From: a virus
Lineage: Duplodnaviria; Caudoviricetes
Strand: one strand, 5' to 3'
Virus record (IMG/VR): IMGVR_UViG_3300032007_000080
Span: 3,210 to 67,209 of that record
DNA: 64,000 nt
How positions within the stretch are numbered: position 1 is the first letter of the stretch; every line of letters starts with the position of its first letter. Under the pieces are notes generated by a model, which was given only the letters and a program-made list of their open reading frames with translations, made no database searches and was not told the DNA's origin. Positions 47,712 through 56,840 of this stretch are shown piece after piece. A program made the position numbers and the translations under genes.

Positions 47712-49592
47712 TTATTGCTCCCTTCCTAATTTTACTTGTACTCTTCTCCAATCTTCTTCAAGACTATAATTTTTACCTTTTGTTCTTTCACTAGTTTCTA
47801 ATGTAAAATCACAAATTTTTCTTTTGATTTCATTTTCGTACCATTCCAAGTCTAAATCATCAAGAACATCACTAACATGTACTCCACGAATATCATTATT
47901 ATTTATCCAGCAATGTTCTGGTAAACTTTCAACATTGTCCCAAGTATCTTTACCATTCTTCATTTTCTTAACTTTACCATATTTTTCTTTATTCTTCGCT
48001 GCGAATACACGATTACATCTATTCGGAGTAGGTATAATTTCTCCATCTACCTCATAAGCACACGCTTTATACATACCACCGATTTTCTTTACCATTTGGA
48101 ATTTCCATAATAACCAATCTGTACCATATATTGTTTCGTGTGGGTCTTTATTATAAAGAAGATAATCAACTATACCAACATCTAAAATATCAAGATTTCG
48201 TCTACATTGGAATAGACCGTGTTCGTCATTATACCTTTGAGCAACATACGCTCCACGAGGTGTAACTCCACCATCTTCTCTTTCAAAAACATAATTATTT
48301 ACATCTTTTTGAAATATCTTTTTACCAATAGTTTTCTCCAATATTAGACCTGTCTTATCTTCCCATCTTTTTATTTCTCTATCACAAGCCTCTTTATCGT
48401 GAGGTATTATGAATATACCATCTGTATTACTTTGAATTAAAGTCATATATGGTTCAAGTTTTTCAATTAAGTCTATCAATAATAATTGACCTGTAATACA
48501 CATCCAATTGTTATTTCTTTCATCGTAAAGTTTTGAAAATTTAGCTTTCATAGCTCCTGATACTGTATTAACAACTAATTTTAAACCATAAGGCATAGCT
48601 TTTTCAACAGCTGTCAATTCATCTCCACGTCCTTCTGCTAAATATGTGTTAACCTTCTTTTTTATGGCTAATCTTTTTGCAACTATTTTAGGAAAATTCT
48701 CTGGATGTTTCATAGCTCTACTACACAAATTAAAGTTAATCATCATATTTGGATAGTATGAACCAACATCTACATCCCATATTTCACCTTCATAATGATA
48801 TTTTGTTCTAGCTCCGTGAAGACCACCAATCGCTATTGTGTGTTCTACTCCTGCGATATTTATTTTCAACTTATTTTTATAATCTAATTTATCACAGTCT
48901 GTAAACATCTCTAACGCTTTATGATACTCTGGGTTATTTATTTCTACTGGCGCAATAGATGGGTCATAAGGTGCTTGTTTATCTTTAAAATCACTATATT
49001 GACCTTCCAATATTTCACCTGTAACCTTTTGATTAGTAGCACTTATCATAGATTTTGGTAATTTATACTCAGCAATTAGTGCCATTCTAATTTTAATACT
49101 TTCTTTTTGTTCTATCATTTCTTGCCAAGTAGAATATAAATCGTGTCTATTATATTTTTCTGTAAGTTCTCTTTCTTCTTTTGTTAATTTTCTATCTAAA
49201 TTAAAGTCAACCTCTGTTTCACAAATCTCTAATCCTAGAAAACCTTCGGCCTCTTTTAATGAATACATAACTTTATCTAATAGGATGTCCCAATCGTATA
49301 ATGTAATTTTATTTAATTTATTATTGCGTATAATTTCTCTACCATTTCTACCACCGATTATTTGGTCTGAATAATCTTTTACTTTTTCTGGTGAATTACC
49401 TAACAATATCAATTTATATAAGATACTATCATAAGAACCAGAATTATGACCACACCAAATATCTTCTTTGTGTTTCTCATAATCTTCTTTGATTTTATCT
49501 AAATCTTCGTTCCAATATTGTAGATAATTTTGACCATCATATATTCCAACTAAATAATCGTGAGCGAATATTTCTAAGTCGTATGTTCTCAT
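47712..49592 (-). CDS. DNA polymerase, family B
   Basis: Exo YDLE and HNSGSYD; DVGSYYPNM; KLVVNTVSG; QSNTDG. Confidence 0.9.
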   Translation of the reverse strand: MRTYDLEIFAHDYLVGIYDGQNYLQYWNEDLDKIKEDYEKHKEDIWCGHNSGSYDSILYKLILLGNSPEKVKDYSDQIIGGRNGREIIRNNKLNKITLYDWDILLDKVMYSLKEAEGFLGLEICETEVDFNLDRKLTKEERELTEKYNRHDLYSTWQEMIEQKESIKIRMALIAEYKLPKSMISATNQKVTGEILEGQYSDFKDKQAPYDPSIAPVEINNPEYHKALEMFTDCDKLDYKNKLKINIAGVEHTIAIGGLHGARTKYHYEGEIWDVDVGSYYPNMMINFNLCSRAMKHPENFPKIVAKRLAIKKKVNTYLAEGRGDELTAVEKAMPYGLKLVVNTVSGAMKAKFSKLYDERNNNWMCITGQLLLIDLIEKLEPYMTLIQSNTDGIFIIPHDKEACDREIKRWEDKTGLILEKTIGKKIFQKDVNNYVFEREDGGVTPRGAYVAQRYNDEHGLFQCRRNLDILDVGIVDYLLYNKDPHETIYGTDWLLWKFQMVKKIGGMYKACAYEVDGEIIPTPNRCNRVFAAKNKEKYGKVKKMKNGKDTWDNVESLPEHCWINNNDIRGVHVSDVLDDLDLEWYENEIKRKICDFTLETSERTKGKNYSLEEDWRRVQVKLGREQ

Positions 49593-49666
49593 TTTATATC
49601 TCCTCTCCTTAAAGTTAACATAAAATATAACAAAAATAGGGAAACAATAAAGTCTCCCTAAATGTA

Positions 49667-50110
49667 TTATTTGTTGACATCTCTATATGATTTATTTTGG
49701 AAACCTGATTTGCTTGTTTCTAATACTAATGTTAATGTAGTACCTTCTAATTTTTCTAATTGTTCTACATATCCTGGAATATCAATAGCATCTAAACCTA
49801 ATTCTCTTAATTTTGTAACAGTTCTTGCGATTGCTTGTTTAGTTTTTGCTAAATCTCCATCTTTATTTGCTAACATTAGATAATCCCAAACATGTCCTGT
49901 TTGACCTTCTAAACCAAATTCTACTTTAATCATAGGTACATTAGTTTGTTTTGAATGTGTGAACTCAGCAGCTATAACTTCTGCAGAATATTCACCATCT
50001 GGAATATCTGGAAAATCTCCACCTACGTTTTCTTCTAGTTTTTCATTTCCACCTATATCTTGGAAAATACTATCTAATTCTTGTAAATCTTTTAAATCGT
50101 CTTTGTCCAT
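49667..50110 (-). CDS. DUF669-type single-stranded DNA-binding protein
   Basis: DIPDGEYSAEV...SKQTNVPMIKVEF. Confidence 0.7.
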   Translation of the reverse strand: MDKDDLKDLQELDSIFQDIGGNEKLEENVGGDFPDIPDGEYSAEVIAAEFTHSKQTNVPMIKVEFGLEGQTGHVWDYLMLANKDGDLAKTKQAIARTVTKLRELGLDAIDIPGYVEQLEKLEGTTLTLVLETSKSGFQNKSYRDVNK

Positions 50111-50130
50111 TATAAATTCCTCCTATTAAA

Positions 50131-50781
50131 TTATTTTTTAGTTTCAGGTTTCTTCATATTATTTAAGAAAGCCTCTTTACTATTGTCTATCTCTGTTGAA
50201 ATTAGTGGTATTCTTGTTCCACCAAATTCTTCGTCAAGATGTTTGATGTGTAACTTATATTGGTTTCCAACTTTTTCATCTGGTACAATAACAGCTCTCA
50301 TAACAATAGTCATTAAACCATTCATTTTGTCTTTTAACACTTTTTCAAATCCTGGCTCAAATTTAGTGATTTCTCTACCAAATTTGTTTTTCTCAATTAT
50401 TACTTCTTCGTGTGAAATGAATATTACATTATCACATAAATTAGCAAGAGATACTATTTGTTCCCATAAAAAGCCTCTCAACATTGAATAACCTTTAAAA
50501 GCTATTTCACTTTCGTGAGAAACTTTATTGTCTGAGTACCATTTGAATTTCAAATAATCTAGTAGATATTCTGTTGTATCAATAACTAACCATTTAGGAT
50601 TAGCTTTTCTAATCTCTTGCACAGCTTTATCTAAATCTTGATAATTTTTAATTCTGTAAATATCTTCTGCTGGAAATAGATATTCAGCGTTACCATCAGT
50701 AGACAATATTTTAGCACCCTCGAATTGACTAGCGAATGTAGTTTTTCCATTAAAGGGTGCTCCGTAAATCCATATTCTCAT
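50131..50781 (-). CDS. AAA_24/Sak4-like ATPase (recombinase/annealase)
   Basis: IWIYGAPFNGKTTFA; LVIDT; FISHE. Confidence 0.8.
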   Translation of the reverse strand: MRIWIYGAPFNGKTTFASQFEGAKILSTDGNAEYLFPAEDIYRIKNYQDLDKAVQEIRKANPKWLVIDTTEYLLDYLKFKWYSDNKVSHESEIAFKGYSMLRGFLWEQIVSLANLCDNVIFISHEEVIIEKNKFGREITKFEPGFEKVLKDKMNGLMTIVMRAVIVPDEKVGNQYKLHIKHLDEEFGGTRIPLISTEIDNSKEAFLNNMKKPETKK

Positions 50782-50914
50782 ACTTTTTCCTCCTTTCTTA
50801 CTCAACTTTCAATTATTCTATTTCTTTATAGAATAAAATTATTATATATTAAAAAAATCCAAAAGTAAACCTTTTAATTCAATTTTTGTTTACTTTTGGA
50901 TTAGTTTTTGTTTT

Positions 50915-51265
50915 CTACTCATCTTCTTCAAATAATGAACCTTCGTCGTGTTCGTCTGATATAAGTTGGATACTTTGATATAAAATATCGTTTCTCCAAT
51001 CTTTAGGGAACATCTCTAACATGTGTGCGATTGCTTCTTCTACTGCATTTCTTATTTCTTCTGTGTCGCATTTATTAACCTCTATACCACAACCAACTCT
51101 ACTGCATTTAATTGTTAATATTGGCTCGTTCATAAATTTATGAGCTTTTTTGACTACATCATCAAATGATTTAGCACTAAACCCGTGTATTTCTGCGTTT
51201 TCACCAAATATTTCGTGTAATTTTTCTTTTAATTCTTCCATTTTTTCTTCAATATCTGGGTCCAT
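50915..51265 (-). CDS. Hypothetical protein
   Basis: Coupled ORF. Confidence 0.6.
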   Translation of the reverse strand: MDPDIEEKMEELKEKLHEIFGENAEIHGFSAKSFDDVVKKAHKFMNEPILTIKCSRVGCGIEVNKCDTEEIRNAVEEAIAHMLEMFPKDWRNDILYQSIQLISDEHDEGSLFEEDE

Positions 51266-51266
51266 T

Positions 51267-51524
51267 TTATTTAACCTCCAATTTTAATTTGATACAAGTT
51301 CTATTTATTCCATCAATGTCAATTTCTTTAAATGATGGGTTTATAACTATTTCATAACCACTAGCAATTAAAAATGATTTTGCGATTATTATAGATTTAA
51401 TTCCTTGATTAATAGCTCCTGCGCCTACACATTGTAATTCTACAGGTTCATCTTGTTTTACCAAACCAGCTATACAACCAGCTATTGAATTTGGATTTGA
51501 TTTACTTGAAACTTTTAATATCAT
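51267..51524 (-). CDS. spoVS: Stage V sporulation protein S
   Basis: LKVSSKSNPNSIAGCIAG...VELQCVGAGAINQGIKSIIIAKSFL...PSFKEIDIDG..RT. Confidence 0.9.
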   Translation of the reverse strand: MILKVSSKSNPNSIAGCIAGLVKQDEPVELQCVGAGAINQGIKSIIIAKSFLIASGYEIVINPSFKEIDIDGINRTCIKLKLEVK

Positions 51525-51543
51525 ATTTCTACCTCCTAATATT

Positions 51544-51948
51544 TTAAATACTTGTTTTGATAGTGGCTTTAACTTTAGTTTGTTTCAACATCTTCTTATA
51601 TATTTCCGGATGTTCTTCTTCTAACTTTTTGCTATCCACGGTATTTCTAATATATGAATTTGTGTATGTGAATGTTAAACCATCTCTACCAACAGTTTTT
51701 CCCTCCATTTCTGGGTGTTCTTCAAACATTTTAAGTAATTTTTCTTTAATGTCAGCTTCTGTTTTTGCTAAATTATCTTGTAATTTTTTAATCTTTTTGT
51801 AATCTTTTACAAATTCTTCTGGGATAATTCCTAATACAAAATTATCTACAGCCTCTTGTGTACTTAAATCTTCGACCAATACATCTTTTACTGTTTCTTT
51901 TGTTTGAACATTTAATTGTTCTGCGTTTACTAATTCTTTCTTTGCCAT
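51544..51948 (-). CDS. Hypothetical protein (coiled coil; VDSKKLEEEHPEIY motif)
   Basis: Promoter cassette upstream. Confidence 0.6.
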   Translation of the reverse strand: MAKKELVNAEQLNVQTKETVKDVLVEDLSTQEAVDNFVLGIIPEEFVKDYKKIKKLQDNLAKTEADIKEKLLKMFEEHPEMEGKTVGRDGLTFTYTNSYIRNTVDSKKLEEEHPEIYKKMLKQTKVKATIKTSI

Positions 51949-52167
51949 AATTATTACCTTCTTTCTTAATTTATTTTATATTTATATTATATCATAAAGT
52001 ATTCATAAAGTAAACATTTTTATTTATTTAGTTTTAATTGTTTTTCTAGCCATTCTTTATGTGTTTTATAAAATGAACATTTTTCTTTAGTACAATATAA
52101 ATCTTTTAGAGCAGTACAATTATGATTTTTATACGCAAAACAATCTGTTTTTACAGTTGATTCGCTC

Positions 52168-52527
52168 TTACTCACTTAATTCACCTTCCTTTCTTTCTAC
52201 TCTTTCTACGACGCTATCAAAATAATCGTCTAACTCTCTGTACTCTAATTCTTCAATTAACGCAATATAAATTGGAGTTTCAATAATCCAACTCAATGGG
52301 TCTTTTTTAACTAAATAGTTAATATCATCTTTTGGTACTAATAATTTGTCATTCATATTATCTACAACAAACATTTCATAATTTAGTTTAAATTCTCCAG
52401 CTCTACGTCTTAACATTAGTAAAGTGTTTATAATATGAGAATTAGCCATTTTTTCAATAGTGTTACCATTCCACTTCTTATCTTCATATAAGAAATGAAT
52501 ATCTCTGTCTATGCCATCTTCGTACAT
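52168..52527 (-). CDS. Hypothetical protein
   Basis: ORF with RBS. Confidence 0.6.
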   Translation of the reverse strand: MYEDGIDRDIHFLYEDKKWNGNTIEKMANSHIINTLLMLRRRAGEFKLNYEMFVVDNMNDKLLVPKDDINYLVKKDPLSWIIETPIYIALIEELEYRELDDYFDSVVERVERKEGELSE

Positions 52528-52871
52528 TATATCTTCACCTCCTTAGCTTGATTATCTAACCATTGCATAATATTTGGAGCGATAGTTTCTGGAATTGATA
52601 CCCAATCTCCATCTTTTTCCAATACTATCATAACGTTGCCTAATATAGTTTGTCCTACAACCATATCTGTTATTATATTTAATTCTGGTGGGTTAGCTTT
52701 TATTTTAGCCTCCTCATCACATAATAACCAAAAATCTAACATAATTGGTACAGCTTGAACTATTCCATTTTCAGGGTCATCTGGTATCAATTTTCTTCTT
52801 ATGTCGTCAAAATCTTCACAGTCAACTATTATTGGGTGTTCTCCTGGTCTTTTCATTATATATTTATTCAT
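52527..52871 (-). CDS. DUF3846-like protein
   Basis: LLCDEEAKIK..PELN...ILGNVMIV. Confidence 0.55.
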   Translation of the reverse strand: MNKYIMKRPGEHPIIVDCEDFDDIRRKLIPDDPENGIVQAVPIMLDFWLLCDEEAKIKANPPELNIITDMVVGQTILGNVMIVLEKDGDWVSIPETIAPNIMQWLDNQAKEVKI

Positions 52872-52888
52872 AACACTCACTTTCCTTT

Positions 52889-53158
52889 CTAAAACCAATA
52901 TTCTTGTTCAGTAACTAAATCTACTAATTGAATTTGGCCTTTTTTGTTTTGAAATCCACAAGCATAACATTTAACTGTATTACCCATAAATTCTTGTAAC
53001 GCTTTAACATTATTTGGTTTAGTTTCTTCCCATATTTGTGTTCTATCTTCATTATAAATAAGGACTGATGGAGGACCAAATATGGCTGTTTGCATTTTAT
53101 ATACTTCTAATGGTATAAATTTATTCTTCACTTTGTAAAAATTCTTTTCGTAAAGCAT
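52889..53158 (-). CDS. Hypothetical protein
   Basis: Coupled ORF. Confidence 0.5.
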   Translation of the reverse strand: MLYEKNFYKVKNKFIPLEVYKMQTAIFGPPSVLIYNEDRTQIWEETKPNNVKALQEFMGNTVKCYACGFQNKKGQIQLVDLVTEQEYWF

Positions 53159-53408
53159 CTTGTTCTTCCGCCTTTCTTTTCCAGAAATTGTCCATATTCT
53201 TTTTAACTGCTGTAGAATGCGCTTTTCTGTACTTTTTATAATAATCATTTTTACATAACCTAATTTCATCTTCGGTTACATCATCTTTTTGTAATTGTTC
53301 TCTGGTATATTTTACCCAATAATTATCACTTGCTTTTTTATATTTATCTTTATTCTTTTTGTATCTTTCTTTAAAATAAGCTTGTTTAGCTTCTTTACTT
53401 TTATACAT
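53121..53408 (-). CDS. Hypothetical basic protein
   Basis: GGAGGT RBS before MYKSK. Confidence 0.55.
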   Translation of the reverse strand: MYKSKEAKQAYFKERYKKNKDKYKKASDNYWVKYTREQLQKDDVTEDEIRLCKNDYYKKYRKAHSTAVKKNMDNFWKRKAEEQDALRKEFLQSEE

Positions 53409-53421
53409 AATCTTACCTCCT

Positions 53422-53646
53422 TTATTGTGGAGTCCAATTCTTTCCTTTACACCACATAAATTCATCTGTTGGACACCAATCTTCTAATACGAATTCAAAA
53501 TTTTCATCGCAATAGCTATCTCCTTCACTGTGATACATACAATTACCACAATTAAAACAATCTCCACGGGTTATTTTCGTCTTTCTTATTTGTGGTTTTC
53601 CTATTGGTGTTGTTCGGTTTTTCTTTGACACGGTTTTCACCTCCAT
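53422..53646 (-). CDS. Small Cys-rich hypothetical protein
   Basis: CFNCGNC...C...C...C. Confidence 0.5.
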   Translation of the reverse strand: MEVKTVSKKNRTTPIGKPQIRKTKITRGDCFNCGNCMYHSEGDSYCDENFEFVLEDWCPTDEFMWCKGKNWTPQ

Positions 53647-53803
53647 CTAGTTTTTGTAATAGGGAATTTAAGTATTGTTCTTCCTCTTTATAAGAAAGAC
53701 CAAATTTTTTAGCAAATTCTATTTTAAGTTGTAATTCATTTATTTGTTCACATAATAACTGGTATGATTTGCCATTTTTTCTACCACCTAATCTAATATA
53801 CAT
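53552..53803 (-). CDS. Hypothetical protein
   Basis: GGAGGT RBS. Confidence 0.5.
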   Translation of the reverse strand: MYIRLGGRKNGKSYQLLCEQINELQLKIEFAKKFGLSYKEEEQYLNSLLQKLDGGENRVKEKPNNTNRKTTNKKDENNPWRLF

Positions 53804-53815
53804 AGTTATTACCTC

Positions 53816-54013
53816 CTAATATACATCAACATATTCCATAATAATAGTTAATGCTTCTTCATAAGATTTTGCTTCTCCATCTTGCGTAATTCTTCTTGTC
53901 ATTTCATTAGCTTGCATAATCTGACCATTCTTTTTTAATGTTCTGCTAGCTATTCCAATTAGATTAAAGATGTTTCCATCTTCTCCAACTAATTTACACT
54001 TTGGCTTGTCCAT
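53816..54013 (-). CDS. Hypothetical phage protein
   Basis: KLVGEDGNIFNLIG motif; promoter cassette. Confidence 0.65.
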   Translation of the reverse strand: MDKPKCKLVGEDGNIFNLIGIASRTLKKNGQIMQANEMTRRITQDGEAKSYEEALTIIMEYVDVY

Positions 54014-54210
54014 TTATCTTATCACCTTCTTTCAATTTATTTTTAATTTATTATATATTTATTATAATATACTTTTTAAAAAATGTAAACCATTTTTTAA
54101 ACTTTTGGTTTAATTTATGGTATTTTTAGATATGATATTATATTAAAGAAAAATAAAAATAGAACCTGGTTGAACCTCGTGATGAGTTTTTTGACCAAGT
54201 TCTATGATTT

Positions 54211-54492
54211 TTATTGATTTTCTAAAATGTCTTTACTTTTTAAATTAGCATCAATACCTTCAAAATTACAGTCTAATTGGATGTTTCCATTATCTTCATA
54301 TTTGGAGATTAACCTTCTATAACACTTTAGCGAGTTAATCAACATTACTCTTTGGTTATATGGACTAGCTGTAAATCTTTCATAACAAGATGGACATAAT
54401 TGCATACTATCTTTCCATATTAAATTACCTCCATCTGGTTCGTCCTTAGTAAAACATAAACTACACCTTTTGTACACTGTCGACCTGCTCAT
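54211..54492 (-). CDS. Hypothetical protein (zinc-finger-like)
   Basis: CSLC...CPSC. Confidence 0.55.
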   Translation of the reverse strand: MSRSTVYKRCSLCFTKDEPDGGNLIWKDSMQLCPSCYERFTASPYNQRVMLINSLKCYRRLISKYEDNGNIQLDCNFEGIDANLKSKDILENQ

Positions 54493-54493
54493 T

Positions 54494-54760
54494 TTATTCC
54501 TCCTTTTTAATACCTAAATGTTCTTCAATTTTATCAAGTCTATTATCTTGTTTAACTATCATATCTAACATTTGACCTTCAAATTTTAATTGTTTATCTA
54601 TTTGAGCTATCCAACTTTCTGTTGATTTCCATTCTTTTCTAGTGTTTTTTAAGTCAATAATTGTTATTATGATAAATATTAACATTAATGTGCATTGTAA
54701 ACCTACTAAAAAACCTTGTATAACTAATCTAGCTACTTCAGGATTATTTGTTATTTCCAT
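54494..54760 (-). CDS. Small membrane protein
   Basis: One TM segment followed by a coiled coil. Confidence 0.6.
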   Translation of the reverse strand: MEITNNPEVARLVIQGFLVGLQCTLMLIFIIITIIDLKNTRKEWKSTESWIAQIDKQLKFEGQMLDMIVKQDNRLDKIEEHLGIKKEE

Positions 54761-54763
54761 ATT

Positions 54764-55501
54764 TTACACCTCCTCCAATTTAGATTTCATTTCTTTTTCA
54801 AAGTTTTCTTCATCTTCCATAAAGATTATAAAGTATTTGACTTCTTCTAATACGTTTTCGTATTCTTCATTTGTAAGTTTATTTTGGATTTCCCTAGTTC
54901 TAATTTCTTTTTTAGGGTCATCTTCCAAACTATCTAAAAATGTAAGGTACATACCAGTTAGATGTCTATATATTTCTCCATCTTCCCAATCGTCCATAAG
55001 TCCACACATTTTCTCGTTTTCATCAATGTAAGCATCAACATAAGCTTCTCTACAAGCATCTGATGTAACTCCTACTTCGTCTAAAAATTCATTTGCATAT
55101 TTTCTTAATCTATAACGCTCTTCTCCTCGTTGGTCTTCCATTTCCTTATAAAAATCTGTTTCTCTTATATAGTAACATCTTTCTACTGATACCATAACGC
55201 TTAATATAGTGCTATTTATTTGACGTTTTAAGAATGTTAAATCTTCAATTTTTAACGAACAGTCAATATAATTTGTACAATAGTTATCATTGTGTTCGCT
55301 TTCTAAATTGTGTGAATAAACTTTAATTTGAAAACGTATTTTTTCGTCTTGTGTTTGTATTGAATAAATTTGTAGAGTACATTCAATATCTTTATAAGCA
55401 AATAATGTCCACTCTTTCTTCCATAACTCTGGGTTTAAATAATTCTTAATAAGAAAAGAATAATCAACTTTAAATATTTTAATTGTTGGTAATTCGTTCA
55501 T
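54764..55501 (-). CDS. Hypothetical protein
   Basis: 245-aa ORF. Confidence 0.65.
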   Translation of the reverse strand: MNELPTIKIFKVDYSFLIKNYLNPELWKKEWTLFAYKDIECTLQIYSIQTQDEKIRFQIKVYSHNLESEHNDNYCTNYIDCSLKIEDLTFLKRQINSTILSVMVSVERCYYIRETDFYKEMEDQRGEERYRLRKYANEFLDEVGVTSDACREAYVDAYIDENEKMCGLMDDWEDGEIYRHLTGMYLTFLDSLEDDPKKEIRTREIQNKLTNEEYENVLEEVKYFIIFMEDEENFEKEMKSKLEEV

Positions 55502-55502
55502 T

Positions 55503-55877
55503 TTATAACTCTCCTTTAAATAATATTTTTAACCTTTCTTTTAATGTACATTTTCTATTATATGGTACATAAGGTTCTATTTCTTTTGTTTTTAAGTATC
55601 TATATTCTTGTTCTATAATTGGTATTGTTTCCATTCTGCATTTTAAAACAGAATTTGGAGTATAAGGCATACCATCTAATTCTTCAACTCTAATATGGAG
55701 ACCTACCTCTAAATTAGTGTGTAATCCAATTTGTTTAATTAAATTTAGGTAGGCTCCAAAATATAATTTATGAATACTTTGGTTTAATCTATCTGGTACA
55801 ATTTCAGTTGTATTTTGATAAATGTTACCACCATTGATTATTTGTTTTTCTTCTCGCTGTCTTGGTTTCCACGCCAT
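55503..55877 (-). CDS. Hypothetical protein
   Basis: ORF with RBS. Confidence 0.55.
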   Translation of the reverse strand: MAWKPRQREEKQIINGGNIYQNTTEIVPDRLNQSIHKLYFGAYLNLIKQIGLHTNLEVGLHIRVEELDGMPYTPNSVLKCRMETIPIIEQEYRYLKTKEIEPYVPYNRKCTLKERLKILFKGEL

Positions 55878-56140
55878 TTTTCTAATACCTCACTTTCCAA
55901 TTCGTCATCACAGACTACATAACCTAAATTATCTTCTGCGTGACCATAAAAATATCTGTGTTTTTTCCATGTATCGTGTATATCTGGTCGTCTATCAATA
56001 AAATTCCAGCAAGCCCAATTATCTGTATGTAGTATATCTTCTCGTGTTAATTCTCTATCAATAACAATTTTTTTACCACCTAATCCTCTATATTTAACAC
56101 TAGGTTTTATAATTTTAGTCACCATAGGTATTATTTGCAT
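55838..56140 (-). CDS. Hypothetical protein
   Basis: ORF with GGAGGT RBS. Confidence 0.55.
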   Translation of the reverse strand: MQIIPMVTKIIKPSVKYRGLGGKKIVIDRELTREDILHTDNWACWNFIDRRPDIHDTWKKHRYFYGHAEDNLGYVVCDDELESEVLEKWRGNQDSEKKNK

Positions 56141-56152
56141 AATTCAAACCTC

Positions 56153-56734
56153 CTACTTTAGTTTATTTTTGTACCAATTTATTCTTTGATATACGGCTGA
56201 TTTTGTAGGTACACCATATTCAGCCATAGTTTCTTCTATTCCGTGTGTTTCATAATAATTTATAAATGCTTGCATCTCTACTGGGCCAGACACCCTTCTT
56301 CCTTTATTCTTTTTAGTTTTTTCTTCTAATCGTTCTTCTGTGGTCATCTTTTTCATTGTATTACCTAATAAATGATTTGGAATATCAACCAAACCTAACG
56401 CTGCTTTTAAACATTCATCAATTTCTTTCATTATATTTTCATCTAACATACCCATAAAATTTTCTAATAGATTTTTGTTTATAGTTATAATATCTTCTGC
56501 TAATACCATACTATCTTCTCTAGGATTTAAACTCATTATGTAATGTGTTGGTTGGTCTGGTCTTTTCTCGGTATTTGTTGTACAAGGAACAATAGTAACA
56601 TTATTAGATAAACAATTAGCTACGTTATTAGATACAATAATAACTGGACGTCTTCCACTCTGTAAATTTGGATTTGTGTCATATCTTGGAATATTTGCCC
56701 AGTATACCATACCTCTAGCATATTTTGTAAACAT
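56153..56734 (-). CDS. PemK/MazF-family endoribonuclease with a C-terminal extension
   Basis: RGMVYWAN...QSGRRPVIIVSNNVAN...TIVPCTT...VLAEDIITINK. Confidence 0.85.
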   Translation of the reverse strand: MFTKYARGMVYWANIPRYDTNPNLQSGRRPVIIVSNNVANCLSNNVTIVPCTTNTEKRPDQPTHYIMSLNPREDSMVLAEDIITINKNLLENFMGMLDENIMKEIDECLKAALGLVDIPNHLLGNTMKKMTTEERLEEKTKKNKGRRVSGPVEMQAFINYYETHGIEETMAEYGVPTKSAVYQRINWYKNKLK

Positions 56735-56840
56735 ATTCTCACCTCTCTTTCTTCTTTATTTTATATTTATAATATATCATAAAAATATACAAAAGTAAAC
56801 AAAAAGGTTAATTTTAGTTAACCTTCTTGTCATAATAAGA

